DNA of 64,000 nucleotides from Escherichia coli (GTDB lineage Bacteria; Pseudomonadota; Gammaproteobacteria; Enterobacterales; Enterobacteriaceae): NCBI RefSeq assembly GCF_965641715.1, contig NZ_OZ282453.1; one strand, 5' to 3'. Shown piece by piece: positions 54,031 to 64,000 of this stretch (position 1 is its first letter; each line of letters starts with the position of its first letter). The notes under the pieces were generated by a model. It saw only the letters and a program-made list of their open reading frames with translations, ran no database searches and was not told where the DNA came from. The position numbers and the translations under genes were made by a program.

Positions 54031-56775
54031 GTGAATTTAACCCTGACCCGAAGACTCTGGATGGGCTTTGCCCTGATGGCGCTGTTAACCCTGACCAGTA
54101 CCCTGGTGGGATGGTACAACCTGCGCTTTATCAGCCAGGTGGAAAAAGACAATACTCAGGCATTGATTCCTACCATGAATATGGCGCGCCAGTTGAGCGA
54201 AGCCAGCGCCTGGGAACTTTTCGCCGCGCAGAACCTGACCAGTGCCGATAACGAAAAGATGTGGCAGGCGCAGGGGCGAATGCTCACCGCACAAAGCCTG
54301 AAGATTAATGCGTTGCTGCAAGCGTTACGGGAACAAGGTTTTGATACCACCGCTATTGAACAACAGGAGCAGGAGATCTCCCGTTCGTTACGTCAGCAAG
54401 GGGAACTGGTGGGGCAGCGTTTGCAACTGCGCCAGCAACAACAGCGACTCAGTCAGCAGATAGTCGCCGCCGCCGATGAGATCGCACGCCTGGCGCAAGG
54501 TCAGGCGAATAATGCGGCAACCTCCGCCGGAGCGACCCAGGCCGGGATTTACGATTTGATCGAACAAGATCAGCGTCAGGCTGCTGAAAGTGCACTCGAT
54601 CGGCTGATTGATATCGATCTTGAGTATGTTAACCAGATGAATGAACTGCGCCTTAGCGCTCTGCGGGTGCAGCAAATGGTGATGAATCTGGGGATGGAGC
54701 AGATCCAGAAAAATGCACCAACGCTGGAAAAGCAGCTCAATAATGCGGTGAAAATTCTGCAACGTCGGCAAATACGCATTGAAGATCCGGGAGTTCGTGC
54801 GCAGGTCGCAACAACGTTAACTACCGTTAGCCAATATAGCGATCTGTTGGCGCTGTATCAGCAGGACAGTGAAATCAGCAATCACCTACAAACTCTCGCC
54901 CAAAATAACATCGCCCAGTTCGCGCTGTTTAGTAGCGAAGTCAGTCAGCTGGTCGACACCATTGAGCTGCGCAATCAGCATGGACTGGCGCATCTGGAAA
55001 AAGCCAGTGCACGCGGGCAATACAGCCTGTTATTGCTAGGGATGGTTTCACTTTGCGCACTGATTCTGATCCTCTGGCGCGTGGTTTATCGCTCAGTCAC
55101 GCGTCCACTTGCCGAACAAACGCAGGCGCTGCAACGGCTGCTGGACGGTGATATTGACTCCCCTTTCCCGGAAACCGCTGGCGTACGGGAGCTGGATACC
55201 ATCGGGCGGCTGATGGATGCGTTTCGCAGCAGTGTTCATGCACTGAATCGCCACCGCGAACAGCTGGCGGCGCAGGTCAAAGCGCGTACAGCTGAATTGC
55301 AGGAACTGGTGATAGAACACCGACAAGCACGGGCGGAAGCAGAAAAAGCCAGCCAGGCAAAATCGGCGTTTCTGGCGGCGATGAGCCATGAGATCCGCAC
55401 ACCGCTGTACGGTATTCTCGGCACTGCTCAACTGCTGGCAGATAACCCCGCACTTAACGCCCAGCGTGATGATTTGCGGGCGATTACCGACTCTGGCGAA
55501 TCGTTGCTGACCATCCTCAACGATATTCTCGATTATTCGGCTATCGAAGCAGGTGGCAAGAATGTTTCGGTCAGCGATGAACCCTTTGAACCGCGCCCGC
55601 TGCTGGAAAGTACCCTGCAATTAATGAACGGACGGGTGAAAGGTCGGCCAATTCGCCTGACAACTGAAATGGCCGACGATGTACCGACTGCGTTAATGGG
55701 CGATCCGCGACGTATTCGTCAGGTTATAACCAACCTGTTGAGCAACGCCCTACGTTTTACTGACGAAGGGCAGATCGTTTTACGTAGCCGCACTGATGGC
55801 GAGCAATGGCTGGTCGAAGTGGAAGACAGCGGCTGCGGTATTGATCCCGCGAAACTGGCAGAAATCTTCCAGCCATTTGTGCAGGTAAGCGGCAAACGCG
55901 GCGGCACCGGGCTGGGGCTGACTATCAGTAGCCGTCTGGCCCAGGCGATGGGCGGCGAACTGAGTGCCACCAGCACGCCGGAGGTTGGAAGCTGTTTTTG
56001 TTTACGCTTGCCGTTACGTGTTGCCACGGCACCCGTGCCAAAAACAGTCAATCAGGCGGTGCGTCTTGACGGTTTACGTTTGCTGTTAATTGAAGATAAC
56101 CCGCTAACCCAGCGAATTACCGTTGAGATGCTGAACACCAGTGGTGCGCAGGTTGTTGCTATTGGCAATGCCGCGCAGGCTTTAGAGACACTGCAAAATA
56201 GCGAACCGTTTGCTGCCGCACTGGTGGATTTTGATCTGCCGGATATCGACGGCATTACCCTTGCCCGGCAACTGGCACAGCAATATCCGTCGCTGGTTTT
56301 GATTGGCTTTAGCGCTCATGTCATTGACGAAACGCTGCGCCAGCGTACCAGTTCACTATTTCGCGGGATTATCCCTAAACCGGTGCCGCGTGAAGTGCTC
56401 GGTCAGTTACTGGAGCACTATCTCCAACTGCAAGTCAATAACGATATACCACTTGATGTATCGCAACTCAATGAAGATGCTCAATTAATGGGGACGGAGA
56501 AGATCCACGAATGGCTGGCATTATTTAAACAACATGCCCTGCCGCTTCTCGATGAAATCGACATTGCCCGCGCCAGCCAGGACAGCGAGAAAATAAAGCG
56601 TGCCGCGCATCAGCTAAAAAGCAGTTGCTCGAGTCTGGGAATGCGCAGCGCCAGCCAGCTATGCGCACAACTGGAGCAGCAGCCATTATCTGCCCCCCTT
56701 CCACACGAAGAAATTACACGCAGTGTTGCCGCTCTGGAAGCATGGTTGAATAAGAAAGACCTGAACGCGATTTGA
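54031..56775 (+). CDS. torS: hybrid sensor kinase TorS
   Basis: 914 aa from GTG ([12 protein letters not shown]). HisKA/HATPase, receiver and HPt domains. The upstream extension in the track overlaps torT and was trimmed. Confidence 0.93.
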   Translation: MNLTLTRRLWMGFALMALLTLTSTLVGWYNLRFISQVEKDNTQALIPTMNMARQLSEASAWELFAAQNLTSADNEKMWQAQGRMLTAQSLKINALLQALREQGFDTTAIEQQEQEISRSLRQQGELVGQRLQLRQQQQRLSQQIVAAADEIARLAQGQANNAATSAGATQAGIYDLIEQDQRQAAESALDRLIDIDLEYVNQMNELRLSALRVQQMVMNLGMEQIQKNAPTLEKQLNNAVKILQRRQIRIEDPGVRAQVATTLTTVSQYSDLLALYQQDSEISNHLQTLAQNNIAQFALFSSEVSQLVDTIELRNQHGLAHLEKASARGQYSLLLLGMVSLCALILILWRVVYRSVTRPLAEQTQALQRLLDGDIDSPFPETAGVRELDTIGRLMDAFRSSVHALNRHREQLAAQVKARTAELQELVIEHRQARAEAEKASQAKSAFLAAMSHEIRTPLYGILGTAQLLADNPALNAQRDDLRAITDSGESLLTILNDILDYSAIEAGGKNVSVSDEPFEPRPLLESTLQLMNGRVKGRPIRLTTEMADDVPTALMGDPRRIRQVITNLLSNALRFTDEGQIVLRSRTDGEQWLVEVEDSGCGIDPAKLAEIFQPFVQVSGKRGGTGLGLTISSRLAQAMGGELSATSTPEVGSCFCLRLPLRVATAPVPKTVNQAVRLDGLRLLLIEDNPLTQRITVEMLNTSGAQVVAIGNAAQALETLQNSEPFAAALVDFDLPDIDGITLARQLAQQYPSLVLIGFSAHVIDETLRQRTSSLFRGIIPKPVPREVLGQLLEHYLQLQVNNDIPLDVSQLNEDAQLMGTEKIHEWLALFKQHALPLLDEIDIARASQDSEKIKRAAHQLKSSCSSLGMRSASQLCAQLEQQPLSAPLPHEEITRSVAALEAWLNKKDLNAI

Positions 56776-56846
56776 ATCAATATCAGCCAGTTAAGAATAA
56801 CTAGAATAGTGGCATTTGGTATGCAACTTAACGGACTGGCAAAATC

Positions 56847-57920
56847 ATGGCAGAGAAAAAAAGAACCCGCTGGCAGCGGCGGCCAGGCACGACGGGCGGC
56901 AAATTACCGTGGAATGACTGGCGCAATGCCACGACCTGGCGTAAAGCGACGCAATTCTTACTATTGGCAATGAATATTTATATTGCCATCACGTTCTGGT
57001 ATTGGGTGCGCTATTACGAAACGGCAGGTAGTACGACATTTGTCGCCAGACCGGGAGGTATCGAAGGCTGGCTACCGATTGCCGGTCTGATGAATCTGAA
57101 ATATAGCCTTGCAACAGGTCAGTTACCGTCCGTCCACGCCGCCGCAATGCTGTTATTGGTCGCTTTTATCGTCATCAGTCTATTACTCAAAAAGGCCTTT
57201 TGTTCATGGTTATGCCCGGTTGGTACGCTTTCTGAATTAATCGGCGCTCTCGGTAACAAACTTTTTGGTCGGCAATTTGTCCTTCCCCGCTGGCTGGATA
57301 TTCCTCTGCGCGGTGTAAAGTATTTGCTGTTGAGTTTTTTTCTCTATATCGCGTTATTGATGCCCGCTCAGGCGATTCACTATTTTATGTTGTCGCCCTA
57401 CAGCGTGGTGATGGACGTTAAAATGCTCGATTTCTTTCGTTATATGGGGACCGCGACATTAATCAGCGTGACCGTTTTGCTGATTGCCAGCCTGTTTATT
57501 CGCCATGCCTGGTGTCGTTATCTTTGCCCATATGGCGCGCTGATGGGCGTGGTTTCGCTATTGTCGCCGTTTAAGATTCGTCGCAATGCCGAAAGTTGTA
57601 TCGACTGTGGCAAATGCGCAAAAAATTGCCCATCACGGATCCCGGTCGATAAATTAATTCAGGTACGAACAGTGGAATGTACCGGCTGTATGACTTGCGT
57701 AGAGTCATGTCCGGTAGCCTCAACATTGACCTTTTCACTGCAAAAACCTGCGGCAAATAAAAAAGCCTTTGCGTTGTCTGGCTGGTTAATGACGCTACTG
57801 GTTCTGGGGATTATGTTTGCGGTGATTGGTTACGCAATGTATGCGGGAGTATGGCAAAGCCCGGTGCCGGAGGAATTGTACCGACGCTTAATTCCGCAAG
57901 CGCCAATGATTGGTCACTAA
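56847..57920 (+). CDS. yccM: YccM, polytopic 4Fe-4S ferredoxin-type membrane protein
   Basis: 357 aa. CxxCxxCxxxCP motifs. Confidence 0.92.
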   Translation: MAEKKRTRWQRRPGTTGGKLPWNDWRNATTWRKATQFLLLAMNIYIAITFWYWVRYYETAGSTTFVARPGGIEGWLPIAGLMNLKYSLATGQLPSVHAAAMLLLVAFIVISLLLKKAFCSWLCPVGTLSELIGALGNKLFGRQFVLPRWLDIPLRGVKYLLLSFFLYIALLMPAQAIHYFMLSPYSVVMDVKMLDFFRYMGTATLISVTVLLIASLFIRHAWCRYLCPYGALMGVVSLLSPFKIRRNAESCIDCGKCAKNCPSRIPVDKLIQVRTVECTGCMTCVESCPVASTLTFSLQKPAANKKAFALSGWLMTLLVLGIMFAVIGYAMYAGVWQSPVPEELYRRLIPQAPMIGH

Positions 57921-57968
57921 ATTAGCAACAAGCGGAACATCACCTCGCACGGGGTGATGTTCACAAAA

Positions 57969-58142
57969 TCACATTATTTTGATTTTGACATCATAACTTT
58001 CAAGCCCGGTCATTTTTTCTCGCGCGGTGAAGCGAATTTCAGAGACTTCTTTCCCTGTATTCTTGTTCAGCTCGGCGATTTTTTGCGCGATAAAGTCGGC
58101 GATTTCCGTTTCGGCTTGTTTTTTTAACTCTTCAATATTCAC
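57969..58142 (-). CDS. gnsA: GnsA
   Basis: Hand translation (GTG start) gives MNIEELKKQAETEIADFIAQKIAELNKNTGKEVSEIRFTAREKMTGLESYDVKIKIM, 57 aa. Below the track cutoff. Confidence 0.88.
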   Translation of the reverse strand: MNIEELKKQAETEIADFIAQKIAELNKNTGKEVSEIRFTAREKMTGLESYDVKIKIM

Positions 58143-58362
58143 TGTTAACCTCTTCTGGTCTTAAAAGACAGCAACACGCCAGTAAGGTGTTGGTTCCCGG
58201 TACCCTGGTCAGGTAAGAAATGTTATAAGCCATCTCCCCGAAAGATTCAATAATCAACAGGTTATCGCTTACTATACATACAGCGTTGAAAAAAAATAAG
58301 ACAGATATAAAAAAGGCTCCACGAGGGAGCCTGATATTATTTTGTGAAATCCAGCGGTGCAT
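58132..58362 (-). CDS. ymcE: YmcE (Sfa) small membrane protein
   Basis: 76 aa from MHRWISQNNIRL. Confidence 0.85.
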   Translation of the reverse strand: MHRWISQNNIRLPRGAFFISVLFFFNAVCIVSDNLLIIESFGEMAYNISYLTRVPGTNTLLACCCLLRPEEVNSEY

Positions 58363-58535
58363 GGTCAGTGCGTATTTGTAGCGCGACGTTATCAAAGGTG
58401 ATCATCGTCGATTTACAAAAAATACACTTAGCGCCCAAAGGGTTTCGCTCCGTCACATCGAATGCCGATGTGCGGTACTGTGAACCATGACAACATGGAC
58501 AGCGAAAATGGAGATGTTGAGTAATAACGGCAACC

Positions 58536-58748
58536 TTAGAGCGTAACTACGTTCGCTGCCGCGGGGCCACGTTGCCCCTGCTCAATAGAAAATTCAACTT
58601 TCTGATTTTCGTTCAGCGTGCGGAATTCGTTGCTCTGAATGGCGGTGAAATGGACGAAAACGTCTTTGCTGCCATCATCAGGAGTGATAAAGCCAAAACC
58701 TTTATCTGCGTTAAACCATTTTACTAAACCAGTCATTTTATTAGACAT
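58536..58748 (-). CDS. cspG: cold-shock protein CspG
   Basis: 70 aa, [21 protein letters not shown]. Confidence 0.96.
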   Translation of the reverse strand: MSNKMTGLVKWFNADKGFGFITPDDGSKDVFVHFTAIQSNEFRTLNENQKVEFSIEQGQRGPAAANVVTL

Positions 58749-59033
58749 ATTTTACTTCCTTCATTTTGGGCCTTTCGGCAAACAGGGCTTTAATACAGAA
58801 ACTACTTAGTGTTCAGGAGAGAGACTCAAAAGAAGGGAATAATGCCTGATAATGAGAACTGCTTTAGTAAACTACTTTGTATGCTGTCTGTCTTTCAAAC
58901 CGACGCAGCTATTAACGCATGATAATTGAGATTAAGCAAATTTTATTTTAGCCGTCCGGCGGTCTTAAATATCGCTGGCTTTATTTTATTAACCCCGTAT
59001 AGTGCAGCGCAGTATTTTCAGTAAGGAATTTGT

Positions 59034-59246
59034 TTGTCCCGTAAAATGACAGGAATTGTCAAAACCTTTGATCGCAAAAGCGGCAAAGGATTCATTATCC
59101 CCTCCGACGGTCGTAAAGAAGTCCAGGTCCATATTTCCGCATTCACTCCCCGCGACGCAGAAGTGCTTATACCAGGATTACGCGTGGAATTTTGCCGCGT
59201 AAATGGCCTGCGAGGACCAACAGCGGCAAATGTTTATCTCTCTTAA
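59034..59246 (+). CDS. cspH: CspA-family protein CspH
   Basis: 70 aa, TTG start, [21 protein letters not shown]. Confidence 0.93.
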
Positions 59247-59687
59247 TATGACGCTGCTTGTTTAAAGCTGACTGGTTTTATTGGCATAGTTCAATAGTCA
59301 ACACCATGTATTATAACACAAGTTACTTTTTCACCGAAAAACTAATCCATTTAACCGAATATCTCTACAACTAATAGTTATAAATGCCACTTAACAGCGA
59401 GTTATAGTACCACTTGAAACTATATTGCCGACAATAGTTAATAGCTTTCTTAACAATTTTCTTATCTTTAATTTGTATTTTGCTAAGATTTATCTTATGC
59501 TCACAAGTCGTATTTCCAGAGGGGAATAGTTAACAATCTTATATTTCCCTCTGCGCGCCTTTCTCACCCGCTGTATATAGTGCAAGTGGTATGAGGAAAG
59601 GGAGATTTCACAAGGATGTTATACTCAAAGTAGACAATCCTGATCTCAAGCGTACGTATTGTCCATGCGATGAATAAAGGAAAAGTT

Positions 59688-59993
59688 ATGAAACACAAGC
59701 TTTCTGCAATCCTTATGGCCTTCATGTTGACGACGCCAGCTGCGTTTGCTGCCCCTGAAGCAGCAAACGGGACCGAGGCAACGACGGGTACTACTGGCAC
59801 CACAACGACCACTACCGGTGCAACCACGACGGCTGCTACCACTGGTGGCGTGGCTGCTGGCGCTGTCGGCACGGCGACAGTTGTCGGTGTGGCAACGGCT
59901 GTTGGTGTGGCGACGTTGGCAGTAGTTGCAGCAAATGACAGTGGCGATGGCGGTTCTCATAATACCTCAACCACCACGTCCACTACGCGCTAA
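59688..59993 (+). CDS. gfcA: GfcA (YmcD), Thr-rich protein of the group 4 capsule operon
   Basis: 101 aa from MKHKLSAILMAF. Confidence 0.9.
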   Translation: MKHKLSAILMAFMLTTPAAFAAPEAANGTEATTGTTGTTTTTTGATTTAATTGGVAAGAVGTATVVGVATAVGVATLAVVAANDSGDGGSHNTSTTTSTTR

Positions 59994-60099
59994 TTCTGCT
60001 TAAACGCGTCGAAATTAAAGTTAAATAATACCCGGTTGCGATATTCGTACCGGGCTTTAGAGATTTGCATTTTTTTAATTAACCTTTCAAGGATTAAAG

Positions 60100-60744
60100 G
60101 TGCGCCCTCTTATTTTATCGATTTTCGCACTATTTCTTGCGGGATGTACGCACAGCCAGCAAAGTATGGTCGATACATTTCGCGCCAGCCTTTTCGATAA
60201 TCAGGATATCACCGTAGCGGATCAGCAGATCCAGGCGTTGCCTTATTCCACGATGTATTTACGCCTTAATGAAGGGCAACGAATCTTTGTGGTACTGGGA
60301 TATATAGAACAAGAACAAAGCAAATGGTTATCCCAGGATAACGCCATGCTGGTTACCCATAATGGACGTCTTTTAAAGACCGTCAAACTTAATAATAATC
60401 TGCTGGAAGTGACAAATTCCGGGCAGGACCCTCTGCGTAACGCGCTGGCAATAAAAGACGGCAGCCGCTGGACGCGCGATATTCTCTGGAGTGAAGACAA
60501 CCATTTTCGCTCTGCGACCCTGAGTTCCACTTTTTCCTTTGCTGGATTAGAGACGCTGCATATTGCGGGTCGCGATGTGCTGTGTAATGTCTGGCAGGAA
60601 GAGGTGACTTCCACGCTGCCAGAAAAACAGTGGCAAAACACATTCTGGGTCGATTCGGCTACTGGCCAGGTTCGTCAAAGTCGGCAAATGTTAGGCGCAG
60701 GGGTTATTCCCGTAGAAATGACGTTTCTTAAACCCGCACCATGA
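60100..60744 (+). CDS. gfcB: GfcB (YmcC) lipoprotein
   Basis: 214 aa, GTG start, lipobox LAGC. Confidence 0.92.
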   Translation: MRPLILSIFALFLAGCTHSQQSMVDTFRASLFDNQDITVADQQIQALPYSTMYLRLNEGQRIFVVLGYIEQEQSKWLSQDNAMLVTHNGRLLKTVKLNNNLLEVTNSGQDPLRNALAIKDGSRWTRDILWSEDNHFRSATLSSTFSFAGLETLHIAGRDVLCNVWQEEVTSTLPEKQWQNTFWVDSATGQVRQSRQMLGAGVIPVEMTFLKPAP

Positions 60745-61487
60745 ATAAATTACAGTCGTATTTCATTGCCAGCGTACTTTACGTAATGACACCCCATGCC
60801 TTTGCGCAAGGAACGGTGACTATTTATCTGCCTGGCGAACAACAGACACTTTCCGTTGGCCCCGTGGAGAATGTTGCCCAGTTGGTGACACAACCGCAAC
60901 TGCGCGATCGCCTCTGGTGGCCTGGTGCCCTGCTGACCGACTCCGCGGTGAAAGCTAAAGCGCTTAAAGACTACCAACATGTCATGGCACAGCTTGCTTC
61001 CTGGGAAGCAGAAGCTGACGACGATGTGGCGGCAACGATTAAATCCGTGCGCCAGCAGTTACTCAATCTCAATATCACTGGTCGCTTACCGGTCAAACTG
61101 GACCCTGATTTTGTACGAGTGGATGAGAACAGCAATCCCCCGCTGGTCGGGAACTATACGCTCTATACCGTACAGCGCCCGGTGACTATTACTCTTCTGG
61201 GTGCGGTTTCTGGGGCTGGGCAATTGCCCTGGCAGGCAGGCCGTAGCGTTACCGATTATCTGCAAGATCACCCCCGTCTTGCAGGCGCGGACAAGAATAA
61301 CGTTATCGTGATTACGCCTGAGGGTGAGACTGTCGTCGCCCCTGTTGCCCTGTGGAATAAAAGACATGTGGAACCACCGCCTGGCAGCCAGCTTTGGTTA
61401 GGCTTTTCTGCGCATGTACTGCCCGAAAAATATGCTGATTTAAATGACCAGATTGTGTCTGTTTTAACGCAACGTGTTCCTGACTGA
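60741..61487 (+). CDS. gfcC: GfcC (YmcB)
   Basis: 248 aa with signal peptide. Overlapping stop/start. Confidence 0.92.
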   Translation: MNKLQSYFIASVLYVMTPHAFAQGTVTIYLPGEQQTLSVGPVENVAQLVTQPQLRDRLWWPGALLTDSAVKAKALKDYQHVMAQLASWEAEADDDVAATIKSVRQQLLNLNITGRLPVKLDPDFVRVDENSNPPLVGNYTLYTVQRPVTITLLGAVSGAGQLPWQAGRSVTDYLQDHPRLAGADKNNVIVITPEGETVVAPVALWNKRHVEPPPGSQLWLGFSAHVLPEKYADLNDQIVSVLTQRVPD

Positions 61488-63583
61488 TGAAGAAGAATTC
61501 TTATCTTTTAAGCTGCCTGGCCATTGCCGTCTCCAGTGCCTGTCATGCTGAAGTATTAACCTACCCGGATCCGCTGGGTTCGTCGCAATCGGACTTTGGC
61601 GGCACAGGATTGTTGCAGATGCCAAATGCGCGCATCGCACCGGAAGGTGAATTCAGCGTCAACTACCGGGATAACGATCAATACCGTTTCTACTCCACCT
61701 CCGTGGCGCTGTTCCCATGGCTGGAAGGCACCATTCGTTATACGGATGTGCGCACACGTAAATATAGCCAGTGGGAAGATTTCAGCGGCGATCAGTCATA
61801 CAAAGACAAATCTTTCGATTTTAAACTTCGCTTGTGGGAAGAAGGTTACTGGCTACCGCAAGTGGCGTTTGGTAAACGTGATATTGCTGGTACGGGTCTG
61901 TTTGACGGTGAGTATCTGGTGGCCAGCAAGCAAGCGGGGCCATTTGATTTCACCCTCGGGATGGCATGGGGCTACGCCGGTAATGCGGGCAATATTACCA
62001 ACCCGTTTTGCCGGGTGAGCGATAAATATTGTCATCGCGCAGAGTCTCACGATGCGGGCGATATCAGCTTTAGCGATATCTTTCGTGGCCCGGCTTCCAT
62101 CTTTGGCGGCATTGAGTATCAAACGCCGTGGAATCCCCTGCGTCTGAAACTCGAATACGACGGCAACAATTACCAGAATGATTTCGCTGGCAAACTGCCT
62201 CAGGCAAGCCATTTCAACGTCGGTGCAGTTTATCGCGCTGCCAACTGGGCAGACCTCAACCTGAGTTATGAACGCGGTAACACGTTGATGTTTGGTTTCA
62301 CTTTACGGACCAATTTCAACGATCTGCGCCCTGCCCTGCGCGATACGCCAAAACCGGCATATCAACCTGCGCCTGAATCTGAAGGATTGCAGTACACCAC
62401 GGTAGCAAACCAACTTACCGCCCTGAAGTATAACGCGGGCTTTGACGCGCCAGAAATTCAGCTACGCGATAAGACGCTGTATATGTCTGGTCAGCAATAC
62501 AAATACCGTGACTCTCGTGAAGCGGTCGATCGTGCCAACCGGATTCTGGTGAATAACCTGCCGCAAGGCGTTGAGAAGATTAGCGTGACGCAAAAGCGCG
62601 AGCATATGGCGATGGTGACTACCGAAACCGACGTAGCCAGCCTGCGCAAACAGCTGGCTGGTACAGCGCCTGGTAAATCAGAGCAACTGCAACAACAACG
62701 TGTTGAAGCAGAAGATCTTTCTGCCTTTGGTCGGGGCTACCGTATTCGTGAAGATCGCTTTAGCTACTCTTTCAACCCAACACTTTCACAATCGCTGGGC
62801 GGCCCGGAAGATTTCTATATGTTCCAGTTGGGGCTGATGTCCAGCGCCCGCTACTGGTTTACTGACCACCTGCTGCTTGATGGCGGTATTTTCACCAATA
62901 TTTACAATAACTACGACAAGTTTAAGTCTTCGCTATTACCCGCGGACTCTACCCTGCCCCGCGTGCGCACGCATATCCGTGATTACGTTCGCAATGACGT
63001 TTATCTCAACAACTTGCAGGCGAACTACTTTGCCGACTTAGGCAATGGTTTCTATGGCCAGGTGTATGGCGGTTATCTGGAAACGATGTACGCCGGTGTC
63101 GGTTCCGAGCTGCTTTATCGCCCGCTAGATGCCAGCTGGGCGCTGGGTGTGGACGTTAACTACGTGAAGCAACGTGACTGGGACAACATGATGCGCTTCA
63201 CCGATTATTCCACGCCAACTGGTTTCGTGACGGCTTACTGGAACCCGCCGACGCTCAATGGCGTACTGATGAAACTTAGCGTTGGGCAATATCTGGCAAA
63301 AGATAAAGGCGCAACGATCGACGTCGCCAAACGCTTTGACAGCGGCGTGGCGGTAGGGGTATGGGCGGCAATCAGTAACGTATCTAAAGATGACTATGGC
63401 GAAGGCGGCTTTAGTAAAGGTTTTTATATCTCGATTCCGTTCGACTTGATGACCATTGGACCTAACCGCAACCGCGCGGTGGTTTCGTGGACACCATTGA
63501 CGCGTGATGGTGGACAAATGCTGTCACGCAAATACCAGCTCTATCCAATGACGGCAGAGCGAGAAGTACCGGTTGGACAATAA
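61487..63583 (+). CDS. gfcD: GfcD (YmcA) outer-membrane protein
   Basis: 698 aa. Confidence 0.92.
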   Translation: MKKNSYLLSCLAIAVSSACHAEVLTYPDPLGSSQSDFGGTGLLQMPNARIAPEGEFSVNYRDNDQYRFYSTSVALFPWLEGTIRYTDVRTRKYSQWEDFSGDQSYKDKSFDFKLRLWEEGYWLPQVAFGKRDIAGTGLFDGEYLVASKQAGPFDFTLGMAWGYAGNAGNITNPFCRVSDKYCHRAESHDAGDISFSDIFRGPASIFGGIEYQTPWNPLRLKLEYDGNNYQNDFAGKLPQASHFNVGAVYRAANWADLNLSYERGNTLMFGFTLRTNFNDLRPALRDTPKPAYQPAPESEGLQYTTVANQLTALKYNAGFDAPEIQLRDKTLYMSGQQYKYRDSREAVDRANRILVNNLPQGVEKISVTQKREHMAMVTTETDVASLRKQLAGTAPGKSEQLQQQRVEAEDLSAFGRGYRIREDRFSYSFNPTLSQSLGGPEDFYMFQLGLMSSARYWFTDHLLLDGGIFTNIYNNYDKFKSSLLPADSTLPRVRTHIRDYVRNDVYLNNLQANYFADLGNGFYGQVYGGYLETMYAGVGSELLYRPLDASWALGVDVNYVKQRDWDNMMRFTDYSTPTGFVTAYWNPPTLNGVLMKLSVGQYLAKDKGATIDVAKRFDSGVAVGVWAAISNVSKDDYGEGGFSKGFYISIPFDLMTIGPNRNRAVVSWTPLTRDGGQMLSRKYQLYPMTAEREVPVGQ

Positions 63584-63628
63584 CCTGACGTAATTCATAA
63601 CATTACATTGACTGATAAATATAAACCA

Positions 63629-64000
63629 ATGAAAAAGAACATTTTTAAGTTTTCGGTACTGACATTGGCTGTTCTGTCTTTGACAGCATGTACCCTTGTT
63701 CCTGGTCAGAATTTATCGACCAGTAACAAGGATGTCATTGAACTACCTGACAATCAGTATGACCTGGACAAAATGGTCAATATCTATCCCGTCACGCCAG
63801 GATTGATTGATCAGTTGCGCGCCAAACCGATTATGTCGCAGGCTAACCCGGAGCTGGAGCAGCAAATCGCGAACTATGAATATCGTATCGGCATTGGTGA
63901 TGTGTTGATGGTTACGGTCTGGGATCACCCGGAACTAACCACCCCCGCAGGGCAATACCGTAGCGCCAGTGATACCGGCAACTGGGTTAACGCCGATGGT
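63629..64000 (+). CDS. gfcE: GfcE (YccZ), Wza-like polysaccharide export lipoprotein; 5' part, truncated by the window end
   Basis: Hand translation [27 protein letters not shown]... stays open to position 64000. Confidence 0.88.

Noticed and set aside
59564-59960. Two about 100-aa minus-strand ORFs
   Set aside because: They are antisense to the low-complexity Thr/Ala/Gly-rich gfcA. The repetitive codons keep the shadow frames open.

Overview
This is an Escherichia coli chromosomal segment from a non-K-12 lineage. It is colinear, in reverse orientation, with the K-12 neighbourhood dgcT/pgaABCD - phoH - efeUOB - putP/putA - rutR/rutABCDEFG - ymdF - wrbA - yccJ - agp - yccE - cbpAM - torDAC/torR/torT/torS - yccM - gnsA - ymcE - cspG/cspH - gfcABCDE. 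I identified genes by reading the supplied translations against remembered E. coli proteins; no database search was possible. Differences from my memory of K-12: (1) a CSS-EAL phosphodiesterase (pdeT/vmpA-like) and two unknown ORFs sit left of dgcT; (2) efeU is intact; (3) about 2.1 kb of extra AT-rich DNA lies between efeU and putP and encodes a 442-aa protein with three tandem 62-codon repeats; (4) there is no IS1 upstream of gfcA; (5) an 11,549-bp low-GC island (about 30,986-42,534) is inserted inside codons 6-7 of wrbA. The island is the part most worth a second look. It carries a large serine recombinase at its right end and rebuilds wrbA with a new RBS, ATG and N-terminus. All its other genes are on the + strand: a Dam-family methyltransferase fused to a resolvase-type HTH, a small HNH protein, several unknown small ORFs, and a tape-measure protein plus one further tail-like gene. 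I recognised no capsid, terminase, tail-tube, lysis or replication genes. About 3.5 kb of the island has no ORF of 60 aa or more and is packed with repeat families: the CTTCACAG / CACAGATT / GTTACAGAG words, four hairpin units with changed stems, a 94-bp-period tandem repeat, a 113-bp inverted pair bracketing 3.6 kb, twin consensus promoters, and a terminated leader RNA. My working hypothesis is a PLE/P4-style phage satellite or another uncharacterised integrative element. A doubly deleted prophage remnant is the main alternative. The rest of the window is ordinary core genome.
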